A stretch of DNA of 64,000 bases from NCBI GenBank assembly GCA_963662285.2, contig CAXXMV010000001.1, forward strand, positions 384,001-448,000, given 5' to 3'. Both the position numbers and the translations under genes were made by a program. Source of the stretch: a bacterium. Its GTDB lineage: Bacteria > Hinthialibacterota > Hinthialibacteria > Hinthialibacterales > Hinthialibacteraceae. Under the pieces are notes generated by a model. That model did no database searches, had not been told where the DNA came from, and worked only from the letters and a program-made list of their open reading frames with translations. Positions 30,811 to 39,835 of the stretch are shown piece after piece. Numbering within the stretch: the stretch's first letter is position 1; every line of letters begins with the position of its first letter.

Positions 30811-30858
30811 GTTGCATTTTGCACCTGTAATCAACAATTAGAGTCGCATAATTGCTAC
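30811..30858. promoter_or_regulatory. Paired putative enhancer (UAS) sites for the adjacent sigma54 activator
   Basis: Imperfect palindromes GTTGCATTTTGCACC and GTCGCATAATTGCTAC, ~115-160 bp upstream of the predicted TSS, with an AT-rich spacer to the promoter. Confidence 0.5.
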
Positions 30859-32246
30859 TCCACTCTACGTTTAGAGCGTCCATCTTCGGGGGGAAGTTGT
30901 ATATCTAACGATGCGATTTTTCTGAAAAGAGTACTCTTATGGATGCCAAGTTCCCGTGCAGCAGCCAGTCTATTCCAATTATTACGCTTCAAGGCGCTGA
31001 CAATCATACGCTGCTCCATCTGTTTTATCGTTGTTGGAATACCCTGCAAACCAGCCTCGAACTCATCAGGTCTTAAATATTCAGGAAGATGCCTCATATC
31101 GATTAAACTGCCTTGGCAGAGCACAAATGCATGCTCAATGATATTCTCTAATTCACGGATATTTCCGGGATAATCATGATTTACCATTACATACAACGCC
31201 GAATGGTCGATCTCCATGATCTCTTTATTCTTCAATTGATTAAAATGGGCGATAAAATTATCTATCAACAAAGGAATATCATCTTTGCGTTCGCGCAAAG
31301 GGGGAAGATATAAGCGAATAACGTTAATACGATAATACAGGTCTTGCCTAAATGATTCCGCTTCAACCAGTTTTATTAAATTTTTATTGGTGGCGGCAAC
31401 GATGCGCACATCCGCCTTCACGGTCTGAGTCGCGCCAAGTGGTTCATATTTCTTCTCTTGCAGCACTCGCAACAATCTGACTTGAAGAGCAGGAGAGATA
31501 TCACCTATTTCATCTAAAAAGAGAGTCCCGCCTTCGGCCAAAGCAAAACGGCCCGGTTTATCTCTCTTCGCATCAGTAAAGGCGCCGGCTTTATACCCGA
31601 AGAGTTCCGATTCCAACAAAGTATCCGGTAAAGCGCCGCAATTAACTGCGATAAATGGTTTATTCTTGCGTGGGCTTAAATTATGAATTGCGCGGGCGAA
31701 CAGTTCTTTTCCCGTTCCACTTTCTCCCTCAATCAATGTAGTACTTTCGCTGTTCGCAATCTCCGGCAATATTTCAAATAACTGCTGCATACGGTGATTC
31801 TTGCTGATGATATCATTGAAACTATATTTCTTCATCAACTCTTTATGCAGTTCTTCAACCTGGCTCAAATCACGAAAAGTCTCAACTCCACCAATAATCA
31901 CGCCATCTTTATCTTTCAATAGAGCAGTGGATATACTAATCGGTATACGATCACCATTGGCGTCAATAATATATACAGTCTTATTGGCTATAGGTTGACC
32001 TGTTTCCAATGTTTTACGCAGGACGCACTGAGATTCACAAATATTGGTTCTGAAAACATCGCAGCATTGCCTCCCCATCGCTTCTTCGCGTGATACGCCG
32101 GTGATATCTTCAGCCGCATTATTGAAGGATGTTATGCGCCACTCTGAATCAACCGTAAACACTCCATCAGAAATGGAATCGAGAATAGTCGCCACAGGAG
32201 TATTAGGCCATTCAGGATTGAAATGAGGATGTATTTTTTCTGACAT
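30855..32246 (-). CDS. PAS-domain sigma54-dependent transcriptional activator (NtrC/Fis family)
   Basis: PAS domain, GESGTGKE, ESELFG, GAFTDA, FLDEIG, FRQDLYYRI, C-terminal Fis HTH. Confidence 0.95.
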   Translation of the reverse strand: MSEKIHPHFNPEWPNTPVATILDSISDGVFTVDSEWRITSFNNAAEDITGVSREEAMGRQCCDVFRTNICESQCVLRKTLETGQPIANKTVYIIDANGDRIPISISTALLKDKDGVIIGGVETFRDLSQVEELHKELMKKYSFNDIISKNHRMQQLFEILPEIANSESTTLIEGESGTGKELFARAIHNLSPRKNKPFIAVNCGALPDTLLESELFGYKAGAFTDAKRDKPGRFALAEGGTLFLDEIGDISPALQVRLLRVLQEKKYEPLGATQTVKADVRIVAATNKNLIKLVEAESFRQDLYYRINVIRLYLPPLRERKDDIPLLIDNFIAHFNQLKNKEIMEIDHSALYVMVNHDYPGNIRELENIIEHAFVLCQGSLIDMRHLPEYLRPDEFEAGLQGIPTTIKQMEQRMIVSALKRNNWNRLAAARELGIHKSTLFRKIASLDIQLPPEDGRSKRRVE

Positions 32247-32399
32247 ATAATTTTATAATCCGTTTTCTAAAGCGATTATCAAAATTCTGTTCGTTTATTA
32301 TCACGTTATTATACAGACATCTCTAATCTTACCCCTGTGAAGACATAATGAAACCAGTAAAATTCAACAAACTCTATAAATAAAGTAAATCATAGAAAT

Positions 32400-33215
32400 A
32401 TGCAAAAAAAAGATATAGCTTATTATATTGATCCTTGCTTCCCGGAATGGGAAGAGCAACTCGATTCACTCGCTCAACTAAATTATTCGGGTATAGAAGG
32501 CATTGATGCTCTGTATAAGAACTATGCCAACCGTATCCAACTTGCTCAACTTATGCTTAATCAGAGGGATCTCCAACTCATCGCCCTCAGTGCTGCCGGA
32601 GATTTCGTCATTCCCGATAAACGCCAGGAAATTCTGCAAAAGTTCCATCCATTGACCGATTTTTTACATCGAATTGGCGCCCAATATATTATTATAAATA
32701 CTGGCTCACCTAATATGGTCGAAGATATACGGCGCGATTTTAAGGTTGCCGCCCAAACTCTAAATGAACTGGGAAAACAATGCCAGGAACATGAAATCTA
32801 TGCCTGCATTCAGCCTGCTCAAGGATCACGCATCGAAACTGATGAAGAGATTGATCGTATTATGAATCAAGTAGATACGCGCGAAATCTATCTATGTCCT
32901 GATACAGCGCAATTACAATATGCTCAATTTGATCCGATTCAGTTTTTGAAAATATACGGCGAATGTGTTCGCCATATCCACCTGACTGATATTCCACATT
33001 CCAACGAAGATGCAATTTATTCTTCGGTTAAAACAGAAAAAAGATTCTGCCCTCCGGGACAGGGAATAATTGATTTCAACGACATCGTGGATATGTTGCA
33101 CTCATTAAACTATAATGGGTGGTTAACCGTTAAATGCGGTGATGCAGATATTTCTGCAACAGAATCGGCTGCATACGCCAAAGATTACTTAGATAATATT
33201 AATAGTGAGGATTAA
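32400..33215 (+). CDS. Sugar phosphate isomerase/epimerase (IolE-like TIM barrel), probably degenerate
   Basis: LCPDTAQ, HIHLTD, PGQGIIDF, YNGWLTV; some usual metal ligands appear substituted. Confidence 0.75.
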   Translation: MQKKDIAYYIDPCFPEWEEQLDSLAQLNYSGIEGIDALYKNYANRIQLAQLMLNQRDLQLIALSAAGDFVIPDKRQEILQKFHPLTDFLHRIGAQYIIINTGSPNMVEDIRRDFKVAAQTLNELGKQCQEHEIYACIQPAQGSRIETDEEIDRIMNQVDTREIYLCPDTAQLQYAQFDPIQFLKIYGECVRHIHLTDIPHSNEDAIYSSVKTEKRFCPPGQGIIDFNDIVDMLHSLNYNGWLTVKCGDADISATESAAYAKDYLDNINSED

Positions 33216-33217
33216 AA

Positions 33218-33859
33218 GTGACTCAGACTATCAAACCAGCCCGCACCCTGGTTCTTCTTTCCGGCAGTGGAACAACCCTGCAAAATATGATAGACCGCCA
33301 GGAACAAAACCAGTTGTCCATTGATATCGTTGGCGTTATCAGCAGTCGTAAAGACGCTTATGGCCTCGAACGGGCGCACAAGCATAATATCCCGACCAAA
33401 GTAATCGCCCGCAAAGATTTCCCGTCATGGGAAGATTTTAACCAGCAACTTTGCATCGCGGTGGATTCATTCGCGCCCGATTTAATCTGCTTCGCCGGTT
33501 TTATGTCTCTCTTCCGCGCCGATTCCAAATATAACGGTCGCATAATGAATGTACATCCAGCTTTGATACCCGCTTTTTGCGGTAAAGGCATGTATGGACA
33601 TCATGTCCACGAAGCAGTTATCGAGTCTGGCGTTAGAATTACCGGATGCACCGTACATTTTGTCGATCAACATTACGATACCGGCCCCATAATCCTACAA
33701 ACCGTAATCGATGTACTTGATTCAGATACTCCAGACTCAATCGCCGAGCGAGTGCAAGCAGCGGAACGCGAAACATACCCCAAAGCTATACAATTATTTG
33801 TCGAAGGAAGATTAACGATTCAAGGTAGGCGAGTTAGAATTTCCACTGCAAGCACTTAA
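33218..33859 (+). CDS. purN: Phosphoribosylglycinamide formyltransferase
   Basis: LSGSGTTLQ, AGFM, NVHPALIPAF, GCTVHFVD..YDTGPII. Confidence 0.95.
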   Translation: MTQTIKPARTLVLLSGSGTTLQNMIDRQEQNQLSIDIVGVISSRKDAYGLERAHKHNIPTKVIARKDFPSWEDFNQQLCIAVDSFAPDLICFAGFMSLFRADSKYNGRIMNVHPALIPAFCGKGMYGHHVHEAVIESGVRITGCTVHFVDQHYDTGPIILQTVIDVLDSDTPDSIAERVQAAERETYPKAIQLFVEGRLTIQGRRVRISTAST

Positions 33860-34065
33860 CAGTAAATTAAATTTACATTATGTAAATTTTTACTAGGTAT
33901 TAACCAGAAAAAGATATATAATTATATATAAGAATAAACAAATCTAGCGCTTTTCGCATGTTATTCTAAGAATCGCGCTATATTTAAGTTTAAGACGTGA
34001 TTCTTCTAGCACCGTTCTAGAATGAATTTTGATCAAAATACATTTAAGTTTTAATAAAAACAATC

Positions 34066-35655
34066 ATGTTTTGGATCATTATTGGTTTCCTTGTTCTATC
34101 TGCTACAGGCGGCGCCGCCTATGTGTACACCCGTGTGGAATCTCCTAAATTAAACGATATTTGCTCGGCGCTTGGATTACAGGATTTCCAGAAAGACGCC
34201 AATTCAACTCCTTTTTATAAATGGACTTGGAATCGGGAATCCGATGATCAGATTTCAGCCAAACACATGATAAAAAAGGCCTTCAACGATGCTCAAGTCT
34301 GGTTGGATGACAGCGATATAAACTTCTTCGAAGATCAGTGCAGTAGATTTCAATCTGGATCAAAAATCGACGAAGCAACCATTCAACAACGCGTTTCCCA
34401 GATTGTAGAACGAACTGACATGCTGCACCAGGAAATTGCCCAAAAGACCGAAGCGGTTATCAAATCAGTTCTTCACTTAAGCGAAAACGAAGCGCGTGAA
34501 CATCTTCGATCATCCGGCATCCATGCCGATTCAGGCAAAGCCCTGAAACAACATTGCAGTTTGGAATTGAAAAAATTACTCTATCGTTTAGGCTTGAAGG
34601 TTCTAGGACCCAAAGGACGCGGCATAACCATACACGATCCTGGCGCCAAACGCATTTTCCAGATGCGCGGATTGGATATCTGGGAACAATGCCTGTTTGC
34701 CATTAAAAATGAACTTAACCGCTGGCTGACTACTCGTAAAACTACAACTAATCCCAATATTCTCCATTCCCTAAAAGCAATTATGAATCGGGGCAGCATC
34801 AAAGATATTGAAGATGATATCTCCGCTTCACGTGTTTTCCGTGAAGATATGCAAGACGCGATTAATAATGACCTGCTCAATCTTAGGCCCGACCAAATTG
34901 ATGAATACGAACAAATTATGTATGGTTGGAAATTCTCTAAAGGCATCAATTTCAAGCAAGCGGATCATAACTCCATCAGAAATCTGCTTTCCAATAATAA
35001 ACTCCCCGCCTGCTTTCGTCAAATCATAATAAATGGTATGACTGATAACCATGAATCTCTCGGCGTATTGCTAGACAGTTTCCCCCGTAAGGTGATCTTT
35101 TATGGCAGCCAGGAAAAAGCCCGCTCCTATGCTATGGATCAATATTCATCCATCCTGCAAGCTTTAATAAATGCATTGAGTAATACATGCGAACGAATGC
35201 ATGTCATGCCATTATTGGTTCACATTCCCGTTGAAGAGGTCGATCAAATACGTTCTTATAACGATGATCCTAAGGATAATGACGCATCTCTTCCTACAGG
35301 AAAAAAACCCCAAAAGACGCCTACGCTGGATAAGCTGATTAGCAAACACCAACGCCTGGTTCTTATCGAACGAAAAATGAAAAAAGAAGATGGCGACCAA
35401 TTAGGCTGGATCATAAACCTGCCGATCCCCGATATGGAACCGGATGAATTCGAGCACTTGCAAAATGATTATTTCAGCGCTTTCATCCGCTTCTTTTGCG
35501 ATACCAGCAGCAAGAGCGATTTTGAAAATCAATCGGAAGAAAGCCTAAAAAAACGCAGTAAGTTCTTTAATCGCCTGCTGATTTCTATAATGAATGGCGG
35601 AACAAAGCAGGAGAATCAAACAGAAGCCGCCCAGGTTAGCGAAATGGCGCTATGA
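34066..35655 (+). CDS. Membrane-anchored hypothetical protein (paralog A)
   Basis: 529-aa ORF with N-terminal TM helix; colinear similarity to 35810-37387. Confidence 0.8.
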   Translation: MFWIIIGFLVLSATGGAAYVYTRVESPKLNDICSALGLQDFQKDANSTPFYKWTWNRESDDQISAKHMIKKAFNDAQVWLDDSDINFFEDQCSRFQSGSKIDEATIQQRVSQIVERTDMLHQEIAQKTEAVIKSVLHLSENEAREHLRSSGIHADSGKALKQHCSLELKKLLYRLGLKVLGPKGRGITIHDPGAKRIFQMRGLDIWEQCLFAIKNELNRWLTTRKTTTNPNILHSLKAIMNRGSIKDIEDDISASRVFREDMQDAINNDLLNLRPDQIDEYEQIMYGWKFSKGINFKQADHNSIRNLLSNNKLPACFRQIIINGMTDNHESLGVLLDSFPRKVIFYGSQEKARSYAMDQYSSILQALINALSNTCERMHVMPLLVHIPVEEVDQIRSYNDDPKDNDASLPTGKKPQKTPTLDKLISKHQRLVLIERKMKKEDGDQLGWIINLPIPDMEPDEFEHLQNDYFSAFIRFFCDTSSKSDFENQSEESLKKRSKFFNRLLISIMNGGTKQENQTEAAQVSEMAL

Positions 35656-35809
35656 ATTTATGCGGCTTTTATGATGTATAATAATTTGGTCTTTATAATT
35701 GGTTTTTAATTATAATCAAGTCTTTTCTGGCAGCCCGAATTTATATAATTGCGCTAACTACAAGTATGCGCGAATTAATATCTACCGATTTGATAAATAA
35801 GGCAAAACG

Positions 35810-37387
35810 ATGACAACCCTAGTCGTCTCATTTCTCATAATTTTGGTTGCAGGCGGAGTATATGCCTCTAGTTCTTTATCAACCGGAGAATCAAACAAAA
35901 TCCGCCGTATCATGATTGATTTAGGGTTACACAATTCTTACTGGTCAAATGAAGAAGGCTCGCAATTCTACAAATGGGGATGGCACGAAGAACAGGAAAA
36001 CCGCGTTTCCGCCGAACGTATGGTAAAACTTGCTTTCCGCAAATCAGGCATCTGGCTCGATAGACAAGACCTTGCTTTCTTTGAACAGCAATGTAAAAAC
36101 AACGAAGCCGCCATCGATATTGAACAATCCGTCATTGAAGACCGCATCCAGGGCATCGTCACCCGATCCGACCGTATACGGCGTTGGATCACCAAAGAAG
36201 TTAAGGAAGTAGTTCAGTTTGTAGGTATTTTAACCCCTCAAGAAGCTGCGGATGCGCTCGCTAAAAAGAATATGGAAGTGGATCAGGAAAAATCCCTTGA
36301 TCGTTTTTGCCAGTTGGAAATGCAGCGCATGTTATATAAACATGGGTCTCATATTATGGCGCTCGGCGGCAAAGGATTGATAGTCGAAGACCCTCTTTCA
36401 GGACAATCAATTCATTTGGAGGGCGTCGAATCCTGGCTTCATCTCTTGCGTACTTTCAAAGATGAAATCCTTGAATTCTCAGCAGGCAGAAACATTCCGG
36501 TTTCGCTTGATATTGCTCGTTCATTAAAAAAAATTGCTGAAACCGGAACAATTCGTGAATTGATATTGGATATTGAACAAGCCAGGAAATTTCTCCAGGA
36601 TATCAACGATCAATTTCATGCCAAAGAGATTTCCATTTCGGTGGAAAGGGCGCGCGTCATCAACGCTATATTGAATCTATGGAAATTCGATGAGAATATT
36701 GACTTCACACAGATTCATCAAATCAAAATTCGCACCTTTCTCGCAAGGCTCGATCTGGCCCCTCGCTTCCGCGAAGTGATCATGAATCATCTCGATGAAC
36801 ATTTTTCTTCTTTGACAAAAGTGATACGGCTCTTTCCCCGCTCGGTTATTTTTTATGGCGGATCTGGCTCAGCCCGTTCTTTCGCATCAGATCAATACTC
36901 CCGTCATTTTCTATCAATGCTGGAAACCTGCGGCCTTTCACCAAACGTTGATCCCAAACCTCCAACCATTATATTAATCAGCGAAGAGCAGATTGATAAA
37001 ATGCGCCTTGCTCCTAAAAAAGGTTCCAACGCGATCACTTTACCCAGCCTTATTGAAGACCAACAACGCATGAGCCGACTTGAGCAGAATATCAATCAGG
37101 AAATTTCCGATAGAAGAGGATGGATACTTAACCTTTCCATCAACAATCCAACCGATAATGAATTTGAAGCCTTGAACAGAAATTCTTTGAAGGACTACAC
37201 TCGCTTTCATTGCCAGGCAGGTAAGGACGTAGACTTTCTGAATAATACTTACAACGCCAAAAAAAGCCGTATTCAATTTTTCAACATGGTAGTAGATACG
37301 GTTTTAGAAATGCCCTCTATCCAGGATACGGCGCCGAACGAGACTGCCAGTGCTTCCACCACACCAGCAACCCAACATGCGAATTAA
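35810..37387 (+). CDS. Membrane-anchored hypothetical protein (paralog B)
   Basis: 525-aa ORF with N-terminal TM helix; shares FYKWxW, WLDxxDxxFFExQC and FPRxVIFYG..ARSxAxDQYS with paralog A. Confidence 0.8.
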   Translation: MTTLVVSFLIILVAGGVYASSSLSTGESNKIRRIMIDLGLHNSYWSNEEGSQFYKWGWHEEQENRVSAERMVKLAFRKSGIWLDRQDLAFFEQQCKNNEAAIDIEQSVIEDRIQGIVTRSDRIRRWITKEVKEVVQFVGILTPQEAADALAKKNMEVDQEKSLDRFCQLEMQRMLYKHGSHIMALGGKGLIVEDPLSGQSIHLEGVESWLHLLRTFKDEILEFSAGRNIPVSLDIARSLKKIAETGTIRELILDIEQARKFLQDINDQFHAKEISISVERARVINAILNLWKFDENIDFTQIHQIKIRTFLARLDLAPRFREVIMNHLDEHFSSLTKVIRLFPRSVIFYGGSGSARSFASDQYSRHFLSMLETCGLSPNVDPKPPTIILISEEQIDKMRLAPKKGSNAITLPSLIEDQQRMSRLEQNINQEISDRRGWILNLSINNPTDNEFEALNRNSLKDYTRFHCQAGKDVDFLNNTYNAKKSRIQFFNMVVDTVLEMPSIQDTAPNETASASTTPATQHAN

Positions 37388-37442
37388 ATCTCAATCGTCC
37401 TAGAGTGATTCTCAAAATAATAGTCGTATACTCTTAAGCAGC

Positions 37443-38507
37443 CTAGATTCTTATTGAATTGGATTTTTGGTTTGAACGATAGAGAGATTCAATTATTTTG
37501 ATACACTTAACCTCTTCTTCACCGGTAGTTCTTGGTGATCGGTTTTTAATAATTGCGTCAATAAAATCCTGTGCTACGCCCAAAATTATATTCCATTTAT
37601 CAAACGAAGAAGACGGAGCAATAGTGACCGGCTTACCGCTACGGTCTTCATATATCTGAAAGAAGATATCCTGAGTCCAGGCCAGAGGATCAAAGGCGAT
37701 GCCGGCCTTGGTTCCATAAATTCTGATCCGGGTTGAACTGTTCATATGCGTCGCCCAGGCCCGTTCCCAAAAGACGCGTAAACCGCCTTTGCAATGCAGC
37801 ATAGCCGCGCCATGTTCTTCCACGTTGAAAACGACGCCTTCCGGCAAGGGCGTCTCCAGCCCCTGGTAGCAGAATCCATCCACCCGCTCCACAACAATAT
37901 CTTCTATCAAAGAATAAAGAATATTGAGATCATAAATCCCCCAATCAAACATGGCGCCGCCACCTGCTTTTGATTTATCCAGACACCAGGTTGCAGAGGT
38001 ATGAAAATCAATCCCGGGACGATTGCGACGGGTGATGCCGGAAATAGTGATGTGATAAATTTCACCCAGCTCACCTTCATCGATCAATTCTTTAGCTTTG
38101 ATTACCGACGGACTGAACCTATAACGCCCCGAACATGATCCCAATAGCAGTTTTGCTTTTTTTGCTTTTTTCACCAGTTTATTGGCGGACGAGCTGCTTA
38201 TGGTCATCGGCTTTTCGCATAAAACATGCTTGCCAGCCGATAATGCCGCCATAGCGATTTTTTCATGAGTATACGATGGCGTGCAAATTATTACCGCATC
38301 GATCTCTTCCATTGCAATCAAGTCATTGGCGTCAGAGTAGGAATAAGGTATCTTAAATTCATCCACCGCCTTGGAGAGTCTACTTTCATCACTATCTGCG
38401 ATGGCGTGTACAATAGTTCGTGGAACGGCTCTAAATCCCCGGATATGTTCTGTTCCGATCATTCCGATTCCGATAATCCCTATCTTTACATCGTGTTTGC
38501 TTGACAT
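37443..38507 (-). CDS. Gfo/Idh/MocA family oxidoreductase
   Basis: GIIGIGMIG, VLCEKP, GGGAMFDWGIY. Confidence 0.9.
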   Translation of the reverse strand: MSSKHDVKIGIIGIGMIGTEHIRGFRAVPRTIVHAIADSDESRLSKAVDEFKIPYSYSDANDLIAMEEIDAVIICTPSYTHEKIAMAALSAGKHVLCEKPMTISSSSANKLVKKAKKAKLLLGSCSGRYRFSPSVIKAKELIDEGELGEIYHITISGITRRNRPGIDFHTSATWCLDKSKAGGGAMFDWGIYDLNILYSLIEDIVVERVDGFCYQGLETPLPEGVVFNVEEHGAAMLHCKGGLRVFWERAWATHMNSSTRIRIYGTKAGIAFDPLAWTQDIFFQIYEDRSGKPVTIAPSSSFDKWNIILGVAQDFIDAIIKNRSPRTTGEEEVKCIKIIESLYRSNQKSNSIRI

Positions 38508-38534
38508 TATAACCCTGAGAACCTCGTTAAATTT

Positions 38535-39155
38535 TTAAGTCCACATTTCTATTGGTAAATGAGTGACTTCATTTATAGATTTTATCACTTTATGTCCGTT
38601 TATGTCGAATTCAATTCGACATAATGAACTGTTATATAAATTAAAGGTAACGCCATTTCGATATGGGATGCCTAAAATTACATGTAATATAGCATCAGTG
38701 AACATTCCATGACCAACCAGACAGATTCGATTTTCCAAATTTTCATGCATATCTAACATGATTTTCATGGTCTGCTCAGCCCTGTGTATAATATCTGCGC
38801 TTGTTTCAGCGATCTGAGGCCACCATTTATGTTCACCAAGTTCTTCGGGCAATGTCACCCAGGGAAACGCCTTAAGCAGTTCATCTTTGGTATGCCCGTT
38901 CCAGGCGGTTCCCCATATCTCGCAAAATACAGGATCAACCACTGGATCAATCGATAGACTTTTCCACAGAATCCCCGCTGTCTGCATGGCGCGGTATAAT
39001 GGGCTGCAATAGATATGGGTGATGCCTTCACCAGCCAAACGCTCAGCCGCAAACTTGATCTGCCTATGCCCCATCTCTGTCATAGGTGGATCAAGTCCTG
39101 CAATATTTGAAACATTACCTTCTGATTGTCCATGCCGTAGTATATAAAGATGCAT
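38535..39155 (-). CDS. Histidine phosphatase family protein
   Basis: LRHGQS, SPLYRAMQTA, VGHG. Confidence 0.9.
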   Translation of the reverse strand: MHLYILRHGQSEGNVSNIAGLDPPMTEMGHRQIKFAAERLAGEGITHIYCSPLYRAMQTAGILWKSLSIDPVVDPVFCEIWGTAWNGHTKDELLKAFPWVTLPEELGEHKWWPQIAETSADIIHRAEQTMKIMLDMHENLENRICLVGHGMFTDAILHVILGIPYRNGVTFNLYNSSLCRIEFDINGHKVIKSINEVTHLPIEMWT

Positions 39156-39321
39156 AAAGATATCTTCGCCGCCCGCTGAATCTTATTGACCTGTTCTAAA
39201 CTGAAGCCATAATAAACCACAATATTTTTTATGGAACCTTACTTTTTTCACTCTATCACCTCACTCTCCTGGCGCAAGGCCGGAGAATAAGGCATTAATA
39301 ACAAATTGGGAGAGGATTAAT

Positions 39322-39675
39322 ATGGACATAACTCGCGATGAACTTAAAGCAATTTTACGGGAACTGATTCAAGAAGATTTACCTGTTGGTCATACCCCGC
39401 TGGGAGACCGTTGGATTGATGGAACCCTCTATTTACAGCCTAAAGACCCGGATGCACTTCCCAAAGCCATCCCCATTGAAACATTCTTCCATAAAATTGT
39501 TATGCTGCGCGACCGGCTGCGGGTTTTAGAGCAAAGCATAAATTCTCATAAAAAACTGACCGATGAAGATAAGGTTAATATGCAGCAATATATCAGCCGA
39601 ATATATGGCACGTTGACAACCTTCAATGTACTATTTAAGGATAAAAAAGACCACTTTGTCAGCAAGATTACATGA
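39322..39675 (+). CDS. Conserved-looking hypothetical protein
   Basis: GAGG RBS; motif-like segments PIETFFHKIVMLRDRLRVLEQ and YGTLTTFNVLF. Confidence 0.75.
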   Translation: MDITRDELKAILRELIQEDLPVGHTPLGDRWIDGTLYLQPKDPDALPKAIPIETFFHKIVMLRDRLRVLEQSINSHKKLTDEDKVNMQQYISRIYGTLTTFNVLFKDKKDHFVSKIT

Positions 39676-39835
39676 TTATGATTAAATATTGATAAACTAG
39701 GCTCGATTTTTATAAAAAAGTATAAACTATCTCTTAAATGATTCGTTATATATGGGATTGCGATTGAGATATTGCATCATATCCAGCATCTTAATAAGAG
39801 AGATAAACCGCATTATTGGATTGGAGTAATACAGT

